Assembly (NCBI GenBank): GCA_951406725.2
Contig: OX597814.1
Coordinates: 94,178,001 to 94,242,000 of the forward strand
Source: Octopus vulgaris
Lineage: Eukaryota
Length of the DNA: 64,000 bases
Direction: 5' to 3'
Made by a program: the position numbers and the translations under genes. Below are positions 54,478 to 64,000 of the stretch, piece after piece. The notes beneath the pieces were generated by a model, which ran no database searches, was not told the origin of the DNA, and saw nothing but the letters and a program-made list of their open reading frames with translations. Numbering within the stretch: position 1 is the first letter of the stretch; every line of letters starts with the position of its first letter.

Positions 54478-55860
54478 CGGCTGGACAAAATAATGGAAAC
54501 ACCTTAAAATTTCAGACAAATTTATTTTAATATGGGGTAGGACCACCTTTGGCGGTAATTAAAGCTTGAATCCTATGAGGTAGGGACTCCTACAAAATTT
54601 GAATTGTTTCCAAAGGAACTCTTGTTTAATCTTCAGCTAAAACAGTCTCCAGTCCTTGTAGTGATGATGGTGGATGATATCGATTCCTTAGTTGTTTTCC
54701 TAAAATATACCATAAATGTTCAATTATATTGAGATCAGGGGACTGTGATGGCCAGATAAGATGTTCAACTTCACTAGAATGTTACTCGTGCCATTCAGGA
54801 ACAACTTTAGCTGTGTGAATTGGTGCATTAACCTTCTGAAAGACTGTGTTTCCCTCCGGAAACACTGCCGCAACCATAAGTTGAATTTGATACGATAAAA
54901 TACTTAAATAGTCTTGACTATTAATTCTGCTATGAAGGGAAACCATCGGACCGGCAGATTTACAAGATATATCCCCTCCGCCAGATCATCACAGATATTC
55001 CTCCATGTTTAACAGTTGGAAGAAAGCAGTCTGGATCAAATGTTTCTTTTGACTGTTTCCGCACGTATACTCGGCCGGTGATCGGAAAGAAGGTGAAGGA
55101 TGACTCTTCCGAGAAAATAACATTCAACAACTGCTCTAGGGACCAGTTCTGTAGGTTTCTACTCCATTCTAAACACTTTGCAGCGTTTGTCTTTGAAAGT
55201 AGTGGTTTTCTGATTGCAGATCTCCAGTGAAATCTGGATTTGTGCAACACCCGGCGAACAGTTTTTGTGGAAACTGGGTTCTCAAGGTGGTCATTAAGCT
55301 CTGCAGTAATTTTGGGAGCTGTAATTTTATGATACTTTCTAACAATTCGTGTAAGAATCCGACGGTACCTATCTGAATCTTTTGATTTTCTTCCAGAGTT
55401 TTGTTTCGACGAGGTTGGCATTACTTTCGAGACAGTACTTCTTATTTCTTTATTGCAAATATAGAGGGGACAAACAAGGACAGATAAACGGATTAAGTCG
55501 ATTACATCGACCCAAGTGCGTAACTGGTACTTAATTTATCGACCCCGAAAGGATGAACGACCAAGTCGACCTCGGCGGGATTTGAACTCAGAACGAGAAG
55601 ACAGACGAAATCCTGCTAAGCATTTCGTCCGACGTCCTAACGTCTCTGCCGACTCACCGCCTTAGTGCTTCTTGATACACCAAACATTTCGGCTGTTTTC
55701 GTTACGCTAGCGCCTGGCATACGCAGACCAACAATTCGACCTCTTTGAAGTTCAATACATCTGTCATTTGAATGAATTTTAATTACATTTTTCTTATGAT
55801 ATCTGAAAAGAAACAGCAATTTTTGCAAAACACATTAAGCAACAGCAATAATAAATCAAA
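54475..55860 (-). mobile_element. Decayed Tc1 (DD34E-type) transposon interrupted by a SINE
   Basis: QRGRIVGLR..VTKTAEMFGVSR, VSTKTVRRVLH, FSEESSF, TVKHGG and WPSQSPDLNIIEHLW motifs; TIR-like end at 54475. Confidence 0.85.
55444..55663 (-). mobile_element. Full-length tRNA-derived SINE with 10-bp target-site duplication
   Basis: AGTACTTCTT (55434-55443) and AGTGCTTCTT (55664-55673); B-box GAGTTCAAATCC; the same tail occurs at 283-346. Confidence 0.8.
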
Positions 55861-55923
55861 AACATAGAAATATTTTTTTTTATATATAAAAAAAATATGA
55901 TGATGATGATGCTGCTATTATTT

Positions 55924-56030
<107 letters not shown>

Positions 56031-56534
56031 ACAATGAAACCAAACATGTATATATATATATATATGTATATTCTCTTATAGGTTTGAGATTGCAGCTATT
56101 ACTAATCGTAGCGACTAAAGTTTGTGTTGACCTTAAAAGGCAATATCTAATTACAGAATTAATGGTGATGCGATTACTACTTCGGAGTAACCCTTATTTT
56201 CAAAACCATGCACACACACACACACACACGCACATAGTCACACACGCATATATAGTTGTGAGTATGTGAGTGTGTGTATATGTATGCATGATTTATGTAT
56301 GTATGTATGTATGTATGTATGTATTTATGTATGTATGTATCATTGTGTGCTCAGAGGTTTCCTTCCCAAATACATGGTCTTCCGCTCAGTCATACTGTAT
56401 AACACCCTGGACAAGTGTTTTCTTCTATTAGCCTCGTGCTGACCAAAGACTCGTAATTGGACGTCGTAGACGGAAACTGAAAGAAGCCCGTCATGTATAT
56501 ATGTGTATATATATATAGATAGATAGATATATCA

Positions 56535-56826
56535 CGTGACTGACCAGACCATCAGATGTTGTGTCACATCGCTGGTCACAATGCCTTCGCATTGTTTTAG
56601 CCTTCGAATGACGCCACCCTGCTGGCTAAGCGAGCAGGCCAACAGAAGAAAGAGTGAGAGAAAGTGTGGTAAAAGAGTACAGCAGGGATCACCACCCCCT
56701 GCCGGAGCCTCGTGGAGCCTTTTAGGTGTTTTCGCTCAATAAACACTCACAACGCCCGGTCTAGGAATCGAAACCGCGATCCTACGACCGCGAGTTCGCT
56801 ACCCTAACCACTGGGCCATTGCGCCT

Positions 56827-56828
<2 letters not shown>
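56535..56828 (-). mobile_element. tRNA-derived SINE, well preserved
   Basis: Minus strand GGAGGCGCAATGGCCCAGTGGTTAGGG..GGTTTCGATTCC, followed by a non-tRNA body. Confidence 0.75.
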
Positions 56829-56896
<68 letters not shown>

Positions 56897-57699
56897 GTGT
56901 GTGGGTGGGTGCTTGTGGTTGTGGGTGTCTTTTTCTCCACCACCATATCTTGACAACAGATGTTGGTGTATTTACGTCCCCTTAAGCTAGCTGTTCCTCA
57001 AGACAGACCGGTAGCATAAGTCCTGGTGATGATTTCTTCGACTGAAACCTTTTCAGGTGGTGCTCGTAATTGGCTGCAGTCAAATAATTCAAACAAATAA
57101 AAGAATATATATACCTACATATAAACCTATGTATATAAGTGTGCGTGTGTGTCTGAGCGAGTGTGGTGTGAGTGTGTGCGTGTGGGAACGCGTGTATGTA
57201 TAGTAGTTTGTGTGTGTGTGTGTGCGGCAGTAACTGCGTGTGTGTTTCTGGTAGTGTGTATGCGTGTTGTGGTGACGTTGTATGTGTGTGTGTGTGTGTA
57301 AGTCTGCGGTCGCGTGTGTGTGTGTGCGCGCGCTATTAATTGTGTATATGTGAGTCGTATTAACTGTTTGTGTGTGTTAGTGTGTGTAGTCTGTTGGTGT
57401 GTGCGTGTGTGCGTGCGTGTTAGAGTCTGTGTACGTGTATGCTCTAATGTGGCTCTGAGAGTTCAGCACCTATAGTAACAGGTGAGCGAATGGGTGGGTT
57501 TGGCGGTGTTTGCCGGTGTGTGTGTGTGTGTGTGTGCGTATGTGCCTACCTCACTACAAGTCTACAGCCACTGTAAATCTTTACGTAACCACCAAACTAT
57601 TTCTTAGTTTTGGTGATAAGGTTTTTTTGTTATGATATTTTCTCATATTGTTGGTAACTAACGCACCATTCTCCGATTGTTCTGGCGACTCCAGTCCAA

Positions 57700-58665
57700 C
57701 CACTCCACTTCGCACATCTTCCCTAACCTACCCCTCCCCTCCTTCAAATGACCTCACAACCTATTTGACCTCCTAGTCATTAGTTTCTTCCGTAACCCCA
57801 CCTCCCAGCACGTCTCGTTCCCCTGCTCCCGTCCACGCTGCTGCACTTGCTTCTACCTCCCCAATACCACCATCCTCACAGGCACCTATCATCGAGCCGA
57901 TCATATCACTGATTGAATCACCTGCACTTCTAGCAATGTCATTTACTGCACCTCCTGCTCTCTCTGTCCTCTGTAACTCGGTCAAACGGGACGCCGCTTG
58001 GCTGATCGGTTCGAGGAACAGCTTCGAGCCATCAGACACGGCAACGACAGCCTGGGCTTGCCATTTTCGTCCTACCGGTCATTTTTTGCACCACCTGTCT
58101 GTGTTCAGATTTTTCTTGCACAGGGGCCATCACACTACAACACCACACATCACCACACATCACCACACCACTCCACCACACTACATCGCATCACCAATGC
58201 ACACACTAGCATTGACCATTTCCCAGCACCCACGCTACACCACACCCCACAAAACCACATCACACCACCCCGCACACACTAGCACTAGCAATTTCTCAGC
58301 ACCCACACGATCATATACACACCAGCACATGCACACATCCACACATCAAGGTCACCAGCCCCTATCCACACACACACACATGCTCTCACATACCCACGCA
58401 TGCGCACCTTCGTTTTAGGATCACAACTACTTTATAATCTCACCTTCTTCCTAGCTCTCCTGTCTGATCACTTCTGTCCGGCCATCGCCATGATTGACCG
58501 TTAGCTTTTTTTTTTATTCTCTGTTTATTTTCTCGAGTTCCTTTCTGTTGAAGAGCGTAGGCTCGAAACGTAAAAGACTTTCTCGCCTTCCCGAGCGTTA
58601 AACTAATGCACCAGTTCGCTGTATACACACCTGTCTTCGTTTTTTGTGTTTTTTTTATATTCCAA
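57700..58665 (+). mobile_element. Decayed PLE (Neptune-like GIY-YIG) with terminal repeat
   Basis: CTSSNVIYCTSCSLCP..GQTGRRLADRFEEQLRAI at ~57923-58033; hammerhead-like TTGAAGAGCGTAGGCTCGAAACGTA at ~58548-58572. Confidence 0.7.
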
Positions 58666-59279
58666 CTATATATTGGACTATTACTAATCGGAGCAATTAA
58701 AATATGTGTTGGCCATAAAAGACAATTTTAACTGTTTGCATACGCTTGGGTGAGTAGCATGTGTGCGTGTTAGGATCTGTGTACGTGTGCAGTGAAATGT
58801 GCCTGTATATTCTAATGTCTCTCTCAGAGGTCAGCAGCTACAGTGACAGGTGTGTGTATGTACGTGTGTGTGCATGTGTGTGCTGTGTGCGTGTTTGTGA
58901 GTGGGTGTTTGTGTGCGGGTGCGTAGGATTATGTGGGGCGTGTCTACGAGTAAAATCACTAGAAAACAGTTAAAAGCACATAGAATCATACTACTATAAA
59001 TAAGAATTGAATCATATTAAAATACAATAAATGACACGATACACACCATAAAGTAGAGTAGCTTAGTGAACGAAATGAAATTAGCTGTGTTGTCTTCTTT
59101 ATCGGTATTGGAGCTTATATTGCACTGTAGTTCCCTTATCTACCGTTAGGCGTCGTCACTCGTAATTCTCGCGATTGGTTTGAATTCAGATTTGTTTACG
59201 CCTGTTTATCGGTTTCTTTCTCATTCTCATTCATTTGTGACTTTATTTTTTTGCCCCCATTGCTCTTAATTAAATTCAT

Positions 59280-60720
59280 AGTGAAAGTGGTAAGCGTCAT
59301 GCTATAACACTGGAAGATAAACTGGCTGTACTGAATCGCCATGAAAAAGGTGAAAAAGTGGTAGCTGTTGCGAGATCTTTTTGGATGCGTCAGACAACTG
59401 CATCGACAATTGTACATAATAAGGACAAGATTTTCGCATATAGCAAATCTGAAACCCCAGAGATGAATACTGCCATCAATAAGAAAAGAGGCAAAATCTT
59501 TCAAGAAATGGAAAGTCTTTCGCTTTGGATTGTTAGGTTGAATCGTCAGCGTGCTACAATTATTCAAGAAATCATTCAAGAGAAAGAGTTGCTTGAGGAC
59601 CTGAAGAAAAAATATCCAGATGAGAAAGATGTAGAGTTCAAGGGAAGTCAAGGATGGTTCATGCGATTTACGGAACCAAGAAGTTATCACTCCATTAAGA
59701 AGCAAGGCGAAAGTGCATCAGCTGATGAACAAGCTGCAGCAGAATTTCCTAATGCAAGAAAATCATCGAAGTAAACGGATTTCTTCCCGAACACACTTTT
59801 AACATAGACGAACTAGATTGTAATGGAAAAAATGCCAGACCGTTCATTCATTTCTAAGGAGGAGAAACTATTCCAGGCTAAAAGGTCTCAAAGAACGTGT
59901 GACCATTATGTTGGGAGGTAACTGTGCAGCAGATTTTCAGTTAAAGCCATTGCTTGTGTATCATGCACGCAACCCCGTGTCCTGAAGAACATAACCAAGG
60001 CATCTCTCCCTTTTATATGGATGGCTAATTCAAAAACATGGGTTACTGTTGTTGTTTTTTAAGATTTATCCTAGCAGCAGAGAAGTACTGTAAAGAGAAG
60101 GGGCTTGTTTTTAAGGTTTTATGTATCTTAGATAATGCGCCTGGCCACCCGTAAAACATCGCGGATTTTGACCCCAATATTACCGTCGTATACATCCCTC
60201 CGAGCACCATGTCTCTTCTGCAGCCAATGGATCAGAGAATAATTTCTATCTTCAAGCGTTACTATATAAAGTGTGCGCTGCGACAATTAATAGCTGCAAC
60301 TAATTTTGATGAGTCCGTCACACTTCGTGTCTTTTGGAAGAGATACGATACCTACAAACTGTGCATAACATAACAGCGGCATGGAATGATGTGCAGAGCA
60401 CGGCTATGAATTGTGTATCGAAGAAGCTATGCCTGCAATTCGTGAATGATTTTAAGAGGTTTGATTATGTTGTCATCAACAAAACGTTGGTGACTACGAG
60501 CAAAGAACTGGAAATAGATTTGGAGGAGGAGAAACAGACAAGCAGCCCCCGACGAACGAGGATTTGACAGAGCTTCACGAGCACCAAAATAAAGACAATG
60601 AGGAAGTCGAGCCTGAGCCATATCACTTTATCATTAAGAAAATGCAGCAAGCATTTGCACATATCGAAAAAAGTCTTTGTTTGAAGATATGGATCCAAAT
60701 GCTCAACGCTTTTCCAACAT
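59280..60720 (+). mobile_element. Decayed pogo/Tigger transposase (CENP-B-type HTH + DDE)
   Basis: FKGSQGWFMRF, GESASAD, LKPLLVY, LDNAPGHP and LQPMDQ motifs. Confidence 0.85.
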
Positions 60721-60739
60721 TATGGCTACCTCACACCAA

Positions 60740-62620
60740 AGCAGGTCTCACCAGGGATGAGATTAATGACGTGTTGGCCGCCAGAAAATCTATTATTTAA
60801 TTTGATACCAAGCTATAGGTCCTTAAAGATGCACCCGACAGTTTTGATGTCACGATGGGAAGTACAGATTCAGCACAAATCGCTGATTTGATGTATGTAT
60901 ATCATTTATGAGATGGGTGACCAATTACCAAACATCAATGGAGGTCTATATCGTGAAGATTGTCTACTGCACCTTCAAAATACTTCTAACGAAAAAATAC
61001 AAAAGGTTAAATTTTTCCTAAACATGGGCTTAAGCATTGTTTTTGACGATGATGTAACGAAAACCAACATTTGGATATTACCTTTAACTTGCATAATGAT
61101 TCGTACTTCCCACACCATGAACCCTCAACTAATTTAAAATATATTAGCTCTTTCAGTAATCACTGTAAGGCTATTAGAAATAATCTAGTTAGGAACATTA
61201 CACTTAGACTTTCTAGATTATCTGCTAATGTTGACATCTTCAACAGTATAGCTAAATAACTCTGCCTTACTTAAAGCAGGCTATAAAGAAAAAGATACCT
61301 ATATTAACCATATTGACATTAATTCTAACTATTAATCAGGACATGAAATCAAGTTGTAACGATATTAACAATTTTAATGTTATTTTGAATAACATCACCA
61401 AATCGAGTAATGTATTTTTGCAGCGTAAGGAAGATAACCGTTATTTAAGACCATTTTTTCAGTATAAAGGTACTTCGATGACTTGTAAAGATAATTGCCC
61501 TAATAACAAGGTATGTCCTAGCAAAACTGTTTGGTTAATAATTCCATATCGTAAACAGATCAAATCTAACCTCCCTTTCAAGTTTTGTGAAGCAATGGAA
61601 AAGACTTTCCCAAGAATTTCAAGATACTATTTGATTATTATCTCACACCGCATTAGGATAGGTTTTTCTAACGCACAAAATCTTTCACAAATCATCTCTT
61701 TGCATAATAATAAGTTATTAAATACAAAGCCATTTACTGAAAATACTAGCATTAATTTTGTTAATACTAACCATTCTTTAAATCATAGTAACAGCGGGGT
61801 TATTGTTTCTGAAATCAACTCCAATCGCTTTCGTTTTCTTAGCAGTAATTCTAAGACTGAAAACACTACTTACCAATGTAAAATTACTTTCGGTTCTGAC
61901 GTCTTTTATTACATAGGTATTTCTTCATCTCAGTTATGCAAAAGAATATCTAATCATTACTCTACATTTAGGCATATCAATAAACGTGACAATAAATTGC
62001 TTAGTAAATTAATCTGGTAGTCAAAGATCATAATAAACAATTTCATTAGGGATGGAATATTCTTTCTATTTGTTTACCGTAAACGTTTCTGCTCGCTTTG
62101 TAATAGCGAAATGTTTTATATCCTATTCTCAAAAGACCCCCTTGTAAACAATTATATAGAACGCGTTTATCATTGCAAAAATTGGCAGAAACATTACCTT
62201 TAGTTCCTACAAGTGATTTCTACTATTATATATATAATTTGACCTTTGTCTTCTTCCATTTCACGTCCACTAAATATATCTAATTCCACGCTTTTAAGCT
62301 TTATTCTAATTCACTCGTCGCTATATATTTCTCCACTATTAGTTTTCTGCTAATTTCTTTCCTTCTCCACATTCTCTTTCTATATGCTACCTTTGACGTT
62401 ATATCTGCTAACGTTTCATTAAAAATTAATAGCGTTCCCTTCATCATTACACACAGTCATCACATTCTGTTAAAATGTCTTATTGATGTGTTTTGTTTCT
62501 TTCTTTCGCTGATGAGAAGATTGCATTGCTTTACACCATTCTATTCCTTCTGGAATAATACTAATGTTGTCTTCGAAACATGTGTCGGAAGTAAAATAAT
62601 TTGAATAACACCTGCATTTA
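60740..62620 (+). mobile_element. Decayed Penelope-like element (RT + GIY-YIG + terminal repeat)
   Basis: FDVTMGSTDSAQIADL, LYREDCL, LDITFNL, SNH, YYIGISS..KRISNH and CSLCNSE motifs. Confidence 0.8.
62503..62592 (+). ncRNA. Hammerhead-like motif in the PLE 3' region
   Basis: CUGAUGA-GAAGA..UCUUC-GAAAC-AUGU-GUC; weak stem I. Confidence 0.55.
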
Positions 62621-62686
62621 ACTCTATATATAGAGAGAGAGATAGATACATGCATACATATATACGTATGGTATATATGGGTATAT

Positions 62687-62731
<45 letters not shown>

Positions 62732-63022
62732 TATACGTATGTGTGTCTTTGTGTCTGTAATCCCCCCACCCACGATCGCTCGACAACCAGTCATGTTGAT
62801 TTTACGTACTCGTAATTTAACGGTTCCTCAAAAGAAACTACGCGTACAAAGAATACGTCCTGAGATTGATTTATTTGACTAAAACCCTTTAAAGTATTGC
62901 TCGGTCATGGCCGCCGTCAAATCACTGGAACAATTAAAAGAATATATATATTCAGAGATGTTGTTATATTTTAAAATGAATAAATAATTTTATTAATTAC
63001 CTCTCTATTTTCTCCTTATTCG

Positions 63023-63077
<55 letters not shown>

Positions 63078-63080
<3 letters not shown>

Positions 63081-64000
63081 CGGGTGGTCCGGAAAGTTCG
63101 TGCCGATTTATAGTAGCTTACATTTGAGTCCATAAAATAGGATTTGACAACACCTCCATTTAGAACACAGTTTAAGCTATCTTTTTGTGGAAGAAGGTTT
63201 ATGTTCCTATAATCTGTGTTAATTCCGCAACCCTTTAAAATGGAAGATAAGAAAGTTCATTTTCGGCACTTGATGCTTGTCTTTTTCCGTAAAGCGAAAA
63301 ATGCCTCACAAGCAACCAAAGAAATATGTGCAGTTTACGGTGATGTTTCTTTATCCGAAAGAACTGTCTTGAAGTGGTTCACAAGATTCCGAGCTGGAGA
63401 TTGTAGCCTTATTGATAAAGAGCGATCAGGCAGACCATCCACTACAGATGATGACTAAATCAAGTCATTAATTGAGAATAACCTACATTGCACAACCGAC
63501 AATTGGCAGAAATCCTCCACCTATCAAAATACTCGTAACGCTTGGGTACACAAATTCGCTACGATGCTTGGGTACCACATAAGGTGGGTGAGAAGAACCT
63601 TTTGGATCACATTACACTCTGTGATTCTGAATGAAAATGCGCCTTTTTTAAAGCAAATTGTGACAGGTGATGAGAAATGGATCATTTACCGAAATGTTCA
63701 GAGAAAGCGATCCTGGAGTAAGCGATATGAGCCACCCTTAGCCACCCCAAAAGTGGGTCTTCACCCTAAAAAGTCTTGCTTTCTGTCTGGTGGGATTAGA
63801 AAGGAATTCTGTACTATGAGTTTCTCCCAAGTAACCAGACAATTAATTCTGAGAATTACTGTGCACAACTGAATGAGTTAAAAGTAGCAATTCAAGAGAA
63901 ACGTCCAGAATTGGCCAACAGGAAGGGTGTTGTATGCCAACATGATAATGCAAGACCGCACGTTTCTTTGGGAACCAGACAAAATTGCTGCAGCTCGGTT
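63078..64000 (+). mobile_element. Decayed mariner transposon, runs off the window end
   Basis: TA-TCGGGTGGTCCGGAAAGTTCG TIR-like start; MEDKKVHFRHLML, RSGRP, WVPH, IVTGDEKW and HDNARPH motifs. Confidence 0.88.

Noticed and set aside
59358-59774. Domesticated CENP-B/TIGD gene
   Set aside because: Multiple frameshifts and stops across the DDE region indicate a dead Tigger copy.

Overview
This is AT-rich, microsatellite-saturated eukaryotic DNA, probably intronic or intergenic. The repeat landscape looks cephalopod/Octopus-like, which is an inference. No complete host gene is supported; the only candidate is a weak minus-strand 5' exon pair near 39.9-40.7 kb. Most ORFs in the track are microsatellite artefacts or antisense shadows. 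The real content is transposon-derived. (i) At 8.4-15.4 kb is a multi-layer nest of R4/Dong-like RT + restriction-like-endonuclease (RLE) LINEs in (TAA)n tracts, including two ~2.2-2.6 kb inverted copies that share the same inactivating lesions. (ii) At 22.2-24.8 kb is a very young Penelope-like element (PLE) with a ~1.06 kb inverted duplication and a type I hammerhead-like motif; older PLE relics and mini-inversions sit in (TA)n tracts. (iii) At 2.07-2.84 kb is a short element joining a tRNA-like Pol III head, an (AAT)n tract and a minimal hammerhead motif, inserted as a PLE-style inverted pair with a 15-bp direct repeat. (iv) Further RLE LINE families are associated with (TACA)n and (GAA)n. 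(v) There are decayed Tc1, mariner, maT-like and pogo/Tigger transposons, CR1 and RTE 3' fragments, and many tRNA-derived SINEs. All alignments and folds were done by eye, so boundaries are approximate.
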